Source of the DNA: Phoronis australis
Lineage: Eukaryota; Animalia; Phoronida
Length of the DNA stretch: 64,000 nucleotides
Direction of reading: 5' to 3'
NCBI GenBank assembly: GCA_002633005.1
Contig: NMRA01000084.1
Coordinates: forward strand, 837,267 to 901,266
Made by a program: the position numbers and the translations under genes. How positions within the stretch are numbered: the stretch's first letter is position 1; every line of letters begins with the position of its first letter. The notes under the pieces are model-generated. The model made no database searches. It saw only the letters and a list, made by a program, of their open reading frames with translations, and was not told where the DNA came from. Below are positions 36,701 to 49,703 of this stretch, in pieces.

Positions 36701-39700
36701 TGGGTTTGAGAGATACAGTTAAGAGTGGTTTGGTTGATAGAGGAGCGGACGCCAAAAACAGACTCAAAAGCAGTAAAAATGGCCACTAGGTAGCGCAAAA
36801 TACCTACTAGTAGAAGCCATCCGAGAATGGGAGGATAGCGTCATCTCAATAATAGATGCCAAATTTCATAAAAATCCAATAAACAGCTTCAGAGAAACAT
36901 GTAGGAAAAATGGAAAAAAAATGCCACTAGGGGCCACAGTGTTTGTTGAATCCGTCTGAAAGTCGACGTCGTTCGTTATCAACTTCAAATAAATATACTT
37001 GCCAGGGCTCGACGCTACTAAAATTACCAGGTCGCATTTTGCGACCTAGCCAAAGTCCCAGGTCACATTTTCAAAATCCAGCTCGCTTTCGTAAATGCCA
37101 GGTGGCAAAATTTTCCCGCCATTTGTATGCGACAAAATTGATTTTTTAGATCATCGAGAAAATCTTTAGATTATGCTCTTACCTGCACCTTTAAATACTC
37201 ACAAATTTTGGATCGCAAAATTGACTTCGTTCATGCAGGTACGGCCTTAGTGTTCTTCACGACCGCCATTGAAGGGCTCTCGAGCGCAAGGCAAAGTGCC
37301 GACGTGAAAGTTGAATCATTGCTCTCTAACTGACATGTGCATTCGAGTAGCTAAATTTGCGATGTGAAAAGGGAGAAAATGCTCCTTGAAAAAGTATCCG
37401 GGATTTTGCTAGGTCTGGCCTGCTACTGGCTGTCATCAAAGTCGTTAACAATTCAAACTAACTCGGTGTGCAAATTCCCTCCACTTTTTCTTCGCAGCCC
37501 AAATTTTGCAATTTAACTCGACGTTTGAAAAACATCAACCGAAAAAAAATCCGTGAAACGATGCCCTAACCGAATGACTTATTTGGATGCGCGGGAACAA
37601 TTCAGTGCAAATTTCACAACAAAAATGTGGTACTTATAATATGCTGTTTACGTACTCAACAATTAGTTTTCCATGAAATGAATAGCTTCCAAATATTTTC
37701 CAACTCCTTCCGTACGGGTTTCCATTGGGTAATGGCGAGTTTGCTCCTCAATATCTTCCAAGTACGGGAAAAATAAGGTCAGTCACAAAACGACACACAT
37801 ATCACTAGTGTTAACTTTCTTTACGAGGTATAAAACAAAGCCAGGATTTGGTTTTTACATATTGTGAAAAAACGTTTTTTGAAAACTGAAGTTGTTGTGT
37901 AAAATGAAATTGCGTGTCAGTTTTAAACCACATGCGGTCGTTTGTAGTGCGCTATGATGGGCGCTACCCTGAATTGTGGGTGCTTAATTGGAAATTCCCA
38001 AAATTTAAGGGTGGACTTTTAATAGATCAGTGAGCGCTTATTATGAAACACTTTAAAGGTAGGGAGTAGGCTTGTGCGTGAGCATAGTCGCTAACCCGAG
38101 TGTTTGCGGTAATAAGACATTAAAATGCTGCAATGGTAAGAAACGTTATAATAATACGATTTTCCATCTAGTAGGGGGTGACTTTCTGGATATCGTTGCC
38201 ACCTACACAGTACCCTTTTTAGCCATCCGGAATGATTTTGTTTTTAACTGCCCGCTTCAGCCGGGACAAGGTTGTTTCTATAGGAGTCTGAACATTTTAC
38301 GGCGACGGTGGTTCAGGGAGCGAAAAGTTGCCGGGGGGGTGTATAAAGAGAAGAATGAAAAGTTCGCTAAACACAGTTTCGGATCTAGTGCAACTTTAGT
38401 TGCAATAGCTGGCTACAGGCATAGAATACAGGATTTACAGAACATCGACCTCGCGAAACATCGAAACAGGAAAATATCATTTCGGGGTTATAAGGGTCCC
38501 AGGGCATCGGGTCTTTTATAACCGCTGGGAATCCGAGTTCATTTTCAAATAAACCGAAGCCAAGTAGGTATACTCTTTCGTTTAGGACTGTCGCTGTTCT
38601 CTTTTAATGTGCAGCTTTGAAGTGGTGCGCACGCGCGAGTTCACACACTTGAATCGCTGGAGTAGGCCTACACTTTACGTTGGCAACAACGTGTGAAAGA
38701 CGAATCATATTTCGTGCACGTAGCCCCAGAAACAAGTAAAGGGTTTGAGAATTTCTAACTGAAAGTAAAAACATGATCGTCGTTTGGCGATTAATAAGGT
38801 TGTCATTTTCATTTTGGCGGTCTTATACAATAAAAACGAGAAGCACATCTCTATGTTACGATTTTCAGCCGGGACTGCTTGCGTGCTAACAACGGTGCCG
38901 CAGTGCGATATCAGGGATATTGTCGTGGATATTTGGTACATGTTTTGTGACGTTTTATCACGTGTTATGCAGTGGCCCGAAACTTTCTTCGGCGAATCCA
39001 GAAATTTGCAAAAGTGACCAATGAAACGCGTCAAAGATCGATTCTGCAAATCCCATGTTCACGCGACTTGCTTACAAGTCATCGGAGGGCTGTTCTCGGT
39101 TAGTGTTCTTTTGAACATGGATTTGGCAACAACCAAATAACGGTCGGATTAATAAGAGTTGCTTTGTATTAGCCCGGTATCTGTCGAGAAGTGTAAAAAC
39201 TCAGCTCGCATTCGTTGGAAATTCCAGGTCGCATTTTGCGACTTGATATGAGCTGACAAAAATCTCAGCTCGCATTTCCAAATTTCAGGTCGCAAATGCG
39301 ACCTGCAGCTCGTTATGTCGAGCCCTGCTTGCTAAATTTAATGAAGATCCTACATAGGGTTTAGGGGATACAGTCATGGGCGTAAAAAAACAAAACTGCC
39401 ACTAGGAGGTGCCACAGTAGTTGAGGTAGTCAGAAAATCATGGTCAGCCCTCATCTTCACATTTGGAACATACATGCCAATTTTCACAATCATCCTTTGA
39501 GTGGTGTGGTTGACAGAGGGGCACACGCCAAATAACAGATTCAAACACTGTAACAATGGCCACTTAAGGAGGTGCAAAATACCTCGAATGAAACCGAAAA
39601 CTGGAGGATAGTGTCACCTCACCAATAGATGCTTATCTGCCAAATTTTATGAAAATACATTGAAGAACTTTGAAGATACATCTGAGGTAAACATAAAAAG

Positions 39701-42700
39701 CTATAATTACTAACAGGGGGACACACTGGTAGTCTGATCCATCCGAAAGTCGTCATCGTCTGTTGTCAACTTCATACAAATACACTTGCAAAATTTAATA
39801 AAAATCCTCTGGAGCGCTTAGGAGAAACAGCCATGGACACAAAAGCAAACAAAACTGCCACTAGGAAGCGCCACAGAATTTGAAGTGGTCGGAAAATCCT
39901 CATCAGCTGCCCTCTTCACAGGAACATACATGCCAATTTTCAGAATCATCCCATATAATGGTTTTTTGACAGAGGGGCTGACACCAAAAACCAGTAAAAT
40001 GGCCACTAGGTGGTGCAAAGTATCTCGAATCCATCCGGAAACGGAAGGATTGTGTCATCTCACTAATAGATGTCTATCTGCCAAATTTTGTGAAAATCCG
40101 TTGAGGACCTCCGAAGATACAGAGGTAAACGTAAAAAAAAATAAAATTGACACCAGGCGATACACCGGTAGTCGGAGAGATCCAAAATTCGTTGACATCC
40201 GTCGTCGGCTTCATAGGAACACATCTGCCAAATTTCTCAAGATCTTGTGAGTTTAGGGGGAAACAGCTGTGAATGCCAAGACGTCCAGACTGAGATGACA
40301 GCAATATGCATAAAAATGGACAAATTTGGCAAACTTTGGAACATCGTATCTCGGAAATGGTTGCAGATTTACTGGAAACTTTCATATATTCTGCTTTATG
40401 CACTGTTCTTCAAAACGCTGTTAGGAACTGATTTTAAAATGGTCCACTTTTGTATAAGTAACTATCCAAATTAGGACAATGTATTGTGTTTCCATGAAAA
40501 AGTTAAAAATTTGGATAAAACAAAAATTAAGCAACAATTTAAAAAATATAATGTTCCTGATTATTTGAAATTTTATCTTGATCATGGTGACTGTATTGAT
40601 ACCATTGTTTAGCTGTGATAGATATTGATAGACTGTCAGAAATGTGACAATGAAATCAAACATGGTGAATGCCGATAATAGTGAACTGGGTTACTGTCTA
40701 CATTTAGTAACCCTGCGAATTCTGAGTACTCTATAGGTAAAGCTGTATGTCTATGGGCAATGAGTTCAGAGACTTCCACAATTTAAACATACATCTGGTG
40801 GAAATGGTGAAAGCACTGTGTCACCCTGCCCATCTTGATTTACACGAGTCTATCAATGGCTTCTTGTTGCCGTCCCATGCATCAGACTGATTCACAATTG
40901 TTGTCAGCAAATTTGCCTTTTTGGGCAATTTCAGGACGACCCATCTGATTGGATTGTTGTCTGTGGGACTGCTGTGTACCTACTGAGTTCATATAATGCG
41001 TTTTCCCAAGGTTCATACAGCCAGCTTACCCACATAAATGAATCAGTAGTCATAATCAACATTAATTGTCCTTGATCTTTCTGTGGTGTATTGATAATTT
41101 GTTAGATTTATGGTTCCCTGTGCGTTTGTTTTATTTATACTGCTAGTGGGAGGCTGCTGGCAATCTTTCAGCATGCAATCAGGCCATTAGGGACGAGCAC
41201 CTAGATTGCGTTTTATTCAAGTTTGGGTAGCTGTGTTTTAACTGCTGAGTATACTTCTAGAGGTCTAGATAGTAGCGAGGACAACATACGTCACCAAATC
41301 GCTTCGCGTATCTGTCACCGTGTAATATTTGCACATTAAAATCGGCAAAAAATCACTCAAAAATGCAATAAATGTGAATAAAAATTACTTCAAAGTATGA
41401 AATAAGACGTCATTTTACTGAAATGTTAGTTTTTTTTCGTCGCAAAATCCGTTTAATAATACCTTGCACGAGTTTTTTGCAGCGACGTGACCGACATTTC
41501 AAAGCAAAATGGCCGCCGGTAAAAACAACTGGTATTTGATTTTCAACTCAGGAGAAGACTAAACTCTCGAATTTTGGCGTGAAACTTCGTGAACTTGTAG
41601 AAGAAACCCTTGCGCACGTTATTACGTAAGTATTTTTCACTTTCGTTGACTTAAAAATTGAAAGAGTTGCCAGTTCCAGCGACCTTCAACTTTGACCTGA
41701 ATTAATTGGTACATTTCCTAATTTGCGCACATAATGAATCCTATTGCACACTAAAGGGTTCATTAATGAACTATTTCAAACACTTGTTGCAAACGGGCCC
41801 TTCGTCGATTTCTGACAATCGGGCGTATTTCTGACTCACTTCGTAGTTCCGGGTACTGCCGCTAGGGGTGCTCCTTCGAACCGCGGCGAATTTTTGGTTC
41901 CCAAACTAAAGCATTTCAACTTTTCCTGTTGAAAAGTTAATGTAAAAGAGACCCAAAAAGTAATTTGTCGTTGTGAGAACAATGATTCTCTCATTTAAGG
42001 TTCTTTTTTCCTATTTTTGCCTCACATTTTTGTAGGACAGGCCACTAAGACCTGACTTGTTGCCAGACAGGACCACCCATACTGGCCAAGACAGTTTAGC
42101 CAGCATATGTCAAGATAGAAAATGAAAACATTTTAATTTTAGAGTAAACAAATATTACAACTGTGTATTTCTACTCCAGTGCTGTGTTTTCAACCAAAAC
42201 TTTATGTTTACTACCATGAAAAACTATACATGCTATCAATATTTTTTTCTACCATGAATTTAGTTTTTACAAAACAATTCAGAGGTTCGTCTAGATTGTT
42301 ATATATCTCAGCCTGGCTTATATCTTTCAGGTAACCTTTGTTGGAAATTGCTGTGGACCAAACCAGTTGTTATTTTCTTCATCATTTTTTCTTATAATTT
42401 CATTCCTATTTGTCAGTTTACTATAATACATATCATCATGTCTCGCATTTCTGTCTCATCACTCTGCCTTTAGCTCTTGGTCCAGATCCTTCTTCTTTCC
42501 TGCTTCTACCGATTCTACTTGCAGTCAACAAGTGAGTTTGGCTCAATACCCACTACGATGAAGATGAGGCTGTGCGCACCTTTCGGGTGATGGACGATTT
42601 TGGCGGTCAAGAGGACCTCGAAGTGCTGGAGTGCTCCATATTGTGTATATTCCACTGACTTAACAGCCCCCTTCCTTGAGGATGATACAACTCTGTGAAG

Positions 42701-44258
42701 TACTCCACTGACGTAGTGAAAGTGTTTGGCCCCCCTTCCTTGAGGATGCCATAAGTCTGTAAGGCACTCCACTGACTTTCGATAGTCAGTGAAAGGGTTT
42801 GGCCCCTTGAAGAGGCCACACTGTCAATAATCAGTGAAAAGGTTTGACCTTCCTTCCTTGAGGATGCCTTGAGAACTTTATTTATCTGTCCATCATACAT
42901 ACCTTTATGGGTTCATATCAAGACAACTTTGGAAATAAATATTGCAGTTGTCGTTTGCACAGCATGAACTTTCCTGCATGGCTCAAGACGAGGTCTACAT
43001 TTTGTTACATTGTTGTGGAAAGTATGTTTAATTTCTATCTACTGTATGAAGCTTGTATTAAAATTTTTGTTTATCATACTTTTCATCAATACATATTTGA
43101 AATGATGTTGTTTATCTTTAATTTTTTTTAAAGTAATGCATTTTGACAAAGTTAAGTCAGTCACAAACTGCAGGTCAACAAAAAAGTCACAAAATAATAT
43201 CAATAATTTGCTCAACCAATTATCAGATTTCAACTTCCCTGATGAAAAATCTTGAAATGATACTAGCTTATTTTTTTTTTCTTGAGTAATTGTTATTCTA
43301 TGCCAATTTGAAACGACAAAATTGTACGAACTGACTTTTCTTTGTCGGCTTTGTTGACTCTAAGGTCAATATCTTCGCACAGGAATGTCCAATCGGAATG
43401 TTCTTTTTTGCAAGTTATTCATCATAAAATTTTCTTTGAAATGATGTATAACATGTCTATCTAGGTTACGTAGATTTGTAACCATAATATTTCAAACTCA
43501 CAAATTTGATTTGACAGAATTTTTACCAAAAAAATTGACACAAAACACCATTTTCTCCGGAACCGTAAGTCCGATTCAAAAATTTTTTGCACCGTTGTTT
43601 TAGTCTCGTAGAGAGCTTTCTCGTGATGTATATTACATGCACATTTTCAAAAATTTTTGAAAAATGCTGTCCTCTCTATAGATAGTGAACCGCCTGTAGG
43701 CATAAAACATATCCCACCCATCGCACGTGCCTTCTTTGTAAGTTGAGCTCACCAAAAAGTTGTTGAAAATACTAAACTGGTAGGTCCCGGTTTGCTAATA
43801 GGTTACAACCTGTCACAAGTACTTTAATGACACCTGACAAACATTCATTTACAGCGAAAAGTATTTTTAGTTAGAGAGCACTACAGAGATAATTGAAAAA
43901 AGTACAGGTACAGGCAATATGAATTAAATTCGGCTTCCTAAGGCGCTCCCCAAATCCTGGTGGTGGGTGCTTTCGCACCGTTGCACCCCCCTGGGTACGG
44001 GTATGGGTACTGTCTGTATGGGATCTGTTGACAGTGTTGTGTTGTGTGTTGTGCCCCCTCAGACGGTTTGAGATGTTTGCCTGATAAACATACAATTTTT
44101 TTTAGTGCTCTGCGATGCAGCTTGTTGGTAAATTTGAATATGAAGACCTAACATTAAAATGCTGACGTAGCACTCACGTGTATTCTAGGGTCGAGGACTT
44201 CATCCACATCGTCTCCAACAGAACTTCCTCTGGAAAGCCTTCTTTCCAAGGTTGCCAT
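26437..44258 (-). CDS. SH3BP5: SH3 domain-binding protein 5 family (SH3BP5/SH3BP5L/parcas/REI-1-like Rab11 GEF), 7 coding exons, ~650 aa
   Basis: join(44258-44178, 33891-33829, 32178-32050, 30926-30765, 30079-29949, 28093-28051, 27780-26437). All GT-AG with consistent phases (1953 nt). Family motifs LDPRI-VELEKLN, KKLGSCIEKARPYYEA, WQEMLNHAT, AINKSRPYFEMK, LETISDEIH, PRGAGVGAE. Confidence 0.92.
28051..28093 (-). CDS. SH3BP5: SH3BP5-like exon 6
   Basis: ttacag|(R)PYFEMKAQFNAFME|gtaagt. Confidence 0.9.
28704..28832. repeat. 43-bp minisatellite, 3 perfect copies
   Basis: ACAGCCTCCCAAATCCATCCATACATCAAGCCTTATCTAACAT x3. Confidence 0.9.
29949..30079 (-). CDS. SH3BP5: SH3BP5-like exon 5
   Basis: tcacag|VNEAETER...RRAINKS(R)|gtaggt. 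Confidence 0.9.
30765..30926 (-). CDS. SH3BP5: SH3BP5-like exon 4
   Basis: ttccag|LQQETQK...WQEMLNHATIK|gtaagt. Confidence 0.9.
30944..31255. repeat. ~70-bp imperfect tandem repeat, ~4.5 copies, abutting the exon 4 acceptor
   Basis: GGTATCAGTATCACCCTGAGTACCAAAATGTACAATAATAGCTATGTAAGGCAGT(A/C)CACC... repeated. Confidence 0.85.
31471..31984. mobile_element. MITE with long imperfect TIRs
   Basis: AAGGGGGGATCAACAATTAGTCGGACTTCAAAACC ... GGTTTTGAAGTGCGACCAATTCTTGATTCCCCCTT; internal TTGGCTGG/CCAGCCAA repeats in mirror orientation. Confidence 0.75.
32050..32178 (-). CDS. SH3BP5: SH3BP5-like exon 3
   Basis: gtttag|EARSAFRQTL...CIEKARPYYEARKVAME|gtatgt. Confidence 0.9.
32490..32719. repeat. Long inverted repeat (~105-bp arms, ~20-nt loop)
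   Basis: ...GATCAACTGAAATTTTCGGATGTAATAACGTCCTTTGTCAAC...AAATAAAGTAAAATCAAA and its reverse complement. Confidence 0.9.
33829..33891 (-). CDS. SH3BP5: SH3BP5-like exon 2 (not in the ORF track)
   Basis: ttgcag|VELEKLNKASNDINTSELELD|gtaagt. Confidence 0.9.
36480..40250. repeat. Diverged ~130-165-bp tandem array (Helentron/HINE central-repeat-like), split by the insertion at 37003-39327
   Basis: Recurrent GCCACTAGRNGGCRC-like core and TGCCAAATTT..TGAAAATCC blocks on both sides of the insertion. Confidence 0.7.
37003..39327. mobile_element. hAT-like non-autonomous element, 2.3 kb
   Basis: TIRs CAGGGCTCGAC...GTCGAGCCCTG; subterminal GGTCGCATTTTGCGAC palindromes at both ends; 5-bp duplication CTTGC. 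Confidence 0.8.
41273..43678. mobile_element. Academ-like non-autonomous DNA transposon, 2.4 kb
   Basis: TIRs TAGCGAGGACAACAT...ATGCTGTCCTCTCTA (5'-TAG termini) with 3-bp TSD TAG (41270-72, 43679-81). Confidence 0.65.
44178..44258 (-). CDS. SH3BP5: SH3BP5-like first coding exon (not in the ORF track)
   Basis: Acceptor ttgtag at 44285-86, short UTR, MATLERRLSRGSSVGDDVDEVLDPRIH|gtgagt. Confidence 0.88.
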
Positions 44259-45199
44259 CTTCCTGGTTGTGATTAACAGGATCGCTACAAAGTAAAAAAC
44301 AGATATGTAAACAATTTTCAAATTTTTTAAAATTATTTAAAATTCTTTCCAGGTTTCATTTGCAATAAGTTAATCTAGAATATTAAAGACACATTGTTGT
44401 CTATAATCTGATTTTTACAACTACGTTTCATTTTAAATATCAAATTTGCATTTTCTATGCAGCAAAATTGCCTCACATTTACCAACAGGAGGCGCTCAAC
44501 AACCGAGTCAACTTGTTGGCTCAAAAAGACAGGCAAAGTAAGTTTGGATAATATTTAGCTTTTCGTTTGTATTAACGTATTGTTGTAATGTTTATCCGCG
44601 GAAAATATGCACCAAATGATATTTTCAAAAACAGGCGCTTTTCAAAGTTTGTTCTAGAAAACCTAGCTTGCTTCATCTTCATCCATAAAAGTCATAACCT
44701 GTTTTCTGGACTTGACAGACCACCGTCTCTAGCTGGCTCAGTAATTAGGCAACACGTAGCCCCTCGGTTGGCCAGTTATGGGCTTCAGTGCTGTGCGTGA
44801 ACTTGGAATACACGAGGAAACTTGAGTATTTCATTCAAATAATAACGTTTACGTCCCTAAAAATTTGCACTACACTAAATCAATTAATAATATTAACCAC
44901 GTAAATTTTAACCAACTTTTTTCAACTATTCAATATTAGCGATCTTAATCACCAAACAAAAATTAATTTAACCATTCACATATTCCTCTGATTCCTTGAC
45001 ACAAGTTACAGTAAAGGAGAAAATAGTGACCATGAGACCAATATAACTACAAAAATTCCTTACACTGAACAAAAAGTTCATGTGATTGTCCAAATGAATT
45101 TTCAATTCCAATTTCACGCATATGCGATCTCCAGAATTAAGCAGGATTCCAAGTTCACGCACAGCAACTATACTTCCCATCGCTTTCTGCACTAATTTC

Positions 45200-45560
45200 G
45201 TTCCGTAAAAGGGCGCTTACTTTCTACAGTAATCCTTTCTGCTTCTACACATATCTTTGATGAAGCATAGCTATGAGAATTACGGTGACTGTTGCGAAGA
45301 ATTTCAACTCTACTTTTTTGGTCACCGTCAACTTTTTCACTGTGGGCACGATAACCACAAAATATTTCAACTGAGTCACGTGAGTTAGGCAAAGGCTAGT
45401 GCGAGACTGAGCGACGTGCGTGACTTGGCGCGTGACACTTGCAAAATAGCATGGGAATATATCAGGTAAATTTGTGTCCCGTAGACTTTTTGTTCGTCAT
45501 CAGGCATAATTTCATGTAACTTCCTCAAAATGGCACCTGGTGAAAGAAACTCTAGCGAAC
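45200..45560. promoter_or_regulatory. Candidate promoter of SH3BP5-like, possibly bidirectional
   Basis: CpG-richer patch ~1 kb upstream of the first coding exon. Overlapping TGAGTCA and TCACGTGA (45372-45383), CAAAATGGC. A + strand CAG|GTAAAT donor lies at 45465. T-richness appears to switch strand here. Confidence 0.4.
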
Positions 45561-46840
45561 CGCGACATATTTTCATGGATACGTTCAAGTTGTTGACAAA
45601 ATTGTATCCAGAGTTATGGTATGTGTTAATTATAATGTAACATGTTTCATTCGATTTTATTTGCTATATTTTGAAATGAGTAGTTCTTGTTATGGGATGT
45701 CAACTATCGCCCTCGTATGCTTGTGGCAGGAGCTTTAACTCCAGCTTTACCATTAGGTTTGATACGTGCGTACCCAAAGTTGAAGTTTTTATTACCTATT
45801 AGTGACTAGCAGTGAAGTTATGCAAGGTAGTCCGGTGATTTTAAAATCATAACCTTTCACAAAGTGGCTTGATGGCTTCGTTTTTGCTAGCTACTTCACC
45901 AGTAGCAAATACGCCAGTATTATTTCAAACTCGTTGCAAGGGTCAGTAATGGCTTGCTGGTGATTTGAGGTATCCCAAAACTGTTGACAATTGCTCTTGC
46001 ACTTTTGTATCCAGACCGTTTACTTCCTACATGAGCACGAGACATAGGCCTTCATTTATGGTTGGGTTAATTATTCATTGCAATAGGTGTGCTTTGGCGT
46101 CAATTTTCACTTGAAAACACTTCTGCTAGTAGCAGTGCTTTCTCACTGGAGGCGAAACTTCACTTTTAACAAAGTTTCGGTAAGTGGGAAAGGTTAATTC
46201 TGGTAGTTAATCAGCAAGTGAAACTTCGCTGAAAATAGTATACAGGATTTAAAAGCGAAGCTTCGGTACTTACCGAAACTTGATGCAGTGGGAAAAGTCT
46301 CAACGAAACTTTGACGATATAGGAGTGCACTAGAGTCAATGAGATATCCCTCATAATGTGTTATTGAAGAGTCCATTTACCTAAGTATATTTCAATGTGG
46401 CATTCTTATATCTGTTCTTGGGCCATGTTTCAAAGCCAAAGAATGACATTGATCATTTTTGTAAACACTGGTAAATGGCGGGAGAACAATTTTCAGTTAA
46501 GTTTCGAACCACCACCCTATAATATTTTGACAGTTTGAATTCTGAACTGAGCTGTCTGGGAAAGCACCTTAAGTGTCAAATAAATCGTTTGTTTAATGAA
46601 GTAAAATGTTTTAGTGGAATGGTGAATATTTTAGCAAAATATGTATTACAAGTTTGTTAAGCAATACATTATGTTATTGACACTGACATCTGCCAATAAC
46701 TTTGATGACACTTAAATATAAGTGTTCTCGCTGTAGCAAAACATCATCGCTTCTATGCTAAATCTACCTGTTTGTTGCAAAGTTAAGTAAGTTTCACGTT
46801 GATTTCAACTTGAGTGTTTGCAGTGCCACTTTAAACTTTC

Positions 46841-46881
46841 AGCTGACCACTTAGCTGACCACTTAGCTGACCACTTAGCTG
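46841..46881. repeat. 12-bp tandem repeat (AGCTGACCACTT)x3+
   Basis: Directly visible. Confidence 0.85.
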
Positions 46882-47599
46882 GTCATGACATTAGTTCCCC
46901 TTACTTGTTGATTATAAATTCTGGTCTTGATTTTCTGACTGACCTTCGCTCAGAAAAAAAACTAAAGTGGAGCTTGCACGCTAATTCCTTATCCCTGTGA
47001 TTGCTTAGTCAAATTAGTTAAAAACACAACATGTGGCTACCGTGTGAATATGAAGTAGGTTGAAAATTGCCAAATGTTTTTAAGAACGAGTATTGTGTTA
47101 AAAATGATACGCCATAAATCAGTCAACCGTATCCAGTAATTATCGTGACGTAGTGTTGGGGAATAGCACTGCATGACGCCTGTACGTGAGCCCTCAAAGA
47201 TACGTTGTTAGTGCGAAAGTTACATATTTGCAGATTTCTGTGTTTTCACACAATTTGTCAATGAATACAACTGCACTTTGTTTAGCATAGACCATGTTCA
47301 AATAGCATTGTCGTTTAGTTCCCGCTATACATTATCATAGTTAGGAGCAAGCAAATGGATCTTTAAGCTGTCACTTGCCCATTGCATTGTGACCATTTAT
47401 GGGCTATAGATAGTTGGAGCATGCCAAAATTTGAAACTGGTTTGTACCTTGAACATGGAAATCCTGTGATAGATTGATTGATTCTAACGCTGAAAAATAC
47501 GCTTGCCATGGTAGCAACAGTTTTATGTTGTCAAAAGGAATGATATTGAGGGGCTGAGATGTGAAAGCTCACTGCTGCTGTCCTTGCAGGGCTCGTCAT

Positions 47600-48325
47600 T
47601 GGGTAAGGTCACGCTACGGGGTACAATCACAGTGATGTCAAAAACATGATAATTTATGCCCGTTTCTGTGGTTATTAAGCGGTGAAAACAGTTTTATTAT
47701 AAAGTTAATATGTTGAAGAGATAACAGAGATAGTTTCATGTGGTAATCTTTTAGACTTTTTACAGAATTCACAGTTTGATCTCAAAATCGAGCAAATTTT
47801 CGGACTTGAAAGTGTGACATTCGTAACCGGCCATTTTCGAACGAAGTTAAAATCCTTAAATAAGGCTGCAATTCTTGTCTGTTTATTTTAAATCTTTAAA
47901 GCAGTGAATAAAATAGCTAATATTTATTTCAGATCTTTCCATTACACCGTATAATTAGCCAAATTAATTACTTACAAATGCGATAACGGGCGTGACGCAT
48001 TCCGTCAAACCCAAGGACGAACTTCAGACGGATGTTTTCCCATATTGCAGACGACCGGTNATTTTGTATAATTTTATTTCTGAACCACATTTATATAGTC
48101 TTACTGTATGGATTAAAATGTCAACATCACAGCCGTTATCGCAATACACTTCGTGGAAAACATAAAGTTTCTCATATTCTTGTTATTCCAACTATGTTCT
48201 CACTTATATTAACTGAAAATATAGTAATTTAGCTACAACTAACCACTAGTTTTTTCCTACTAGCTTGAATTTGAATTTCAAGCACTGATGTCACACTTTT
48301 GTGCCCCTTAGCGTGACCATGCCCC
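47600..48325. mobile_element. PIF/Harbinger-ISL2EU-like MITE inserted into a CAGGGCTCG-type element end
   Basis: TIRs TGGGTAAGGTCACGCTACGGGGTACAA ... TTGTGCCCCTTAGCGTGACCATGCCCC; AT (or ATT) duplication. Confidence 0.65.
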
Positions 48326-49703
48326 ATTACATTTTAACTTGTCCAGTCAGACAAGTAGAATTGAAATTTACTTGTCCTGGCCTATAAGACACTTGTCCAA
48401 TTAAACTCAAATTACACTTTTCAATCATATATGAATGTTGAACATTATACCTGTTAGCGCAGTCTCAACAAACATGTGTAAGAGCATATGTTACACGACA
48501 TTTAAGTTTTGCACAAGTTTATTGAGGTGGGTATTTATTATTATTTGTATTCGTGTTTTACCAGTGTATGAACACGCTACAGCTTTATCCTGGCTTTTCA
48601 ATTCAGATATGGAATGTTCTTTATAAGCTGCTGAGTGAGCTGTCGAGTGTTGGTGATATTTCAAAGATTCGATCCTAAACACATCTGACCCAGGCGCAAG
48701 AGATGAACTGCTTGTGTCGGCGTATTTTTCTCATGGGACGCAACACATTTTCTGGTCGCTATCATACCCTAACCAGTCAAAATCTTCCTTCCATATCGGA
48801 AGGCGTTCCCGTTTTCGTTCATTCGTTTCATACTGTTGCTTGGTGGCTTCACGCCCTTTGGTTTGGTTACCAGAACTTTGCAAGATTAGGGCTCGTTAAC
48901 TTGAAACCATGCGCAAACTAAGTATTTTTTTGGCATTGCAAATGCACACATCCTCGCTGAGGACAAGTTTCTACACATGCCATAAGACAATTAAATGTCA
49001 TATAGGTGCTACTAGCGAGTTGTCATCGCTTATATTATTGAGTCTTATACATAAATAATTTAAGTCAGTAATTGTAACTATAGAGTGTCAGAATGTGTTA
49101 ACGTGCAAATGATTGCAAATTGATTTTATAAATTGAGCGAACTGGTTTGAGGCGCCCTTCATATGAGACGAAGCATCAAGATCCTGGCGTGCATTCAAAA
49201 TGCTCAGACAAAACTAAAATCAAATCAAAGAATCTGCAAATAGATGACCTTTGCACTAATGACGTACCTCGCAGGGTAAGCCTGCATCATGCAACTTGTT
49301 ATTCCCCAGCACCACATCACGATACTTGCTAGATCTAGTTGAGTGATTTGCGGTGGATCATTTTTGTCATCTCTTTCTTAAAACATTTGCCGATTTCATT
49401 GTACTTCATATTCACATAATCGCTGAATGTTGTTTTTCTAACTAATTTGACCAGTGCAATCACAGAGATAAGGAATTAGCCTGCAAGTAGCAGTTTAAGG
49501 TTATTAGCAATGAGAAAATGTTTCATTAAACCTTTTTTAGAAATTGGTCAAATGACATAGTGTTTATCACTATTGCTTTTTCTTGTATGGTTTTAGAGTT
49601 TAAAACTTGCTGTCAAAATTTGTTAAACAAGTGCTTCTTTTGGTTAATAAAGCCTATTACTTTTGTCAGTTGTACTATACTGTCAACATCAGTGAGTGCA
49701 TTA

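Noticed and set aside
38072-39049. 149-aa and 114-aa ORFs as a transposase
   Set aside because: No recognisable hAT or other motifs; they lie in the interior of a non-autonomous element
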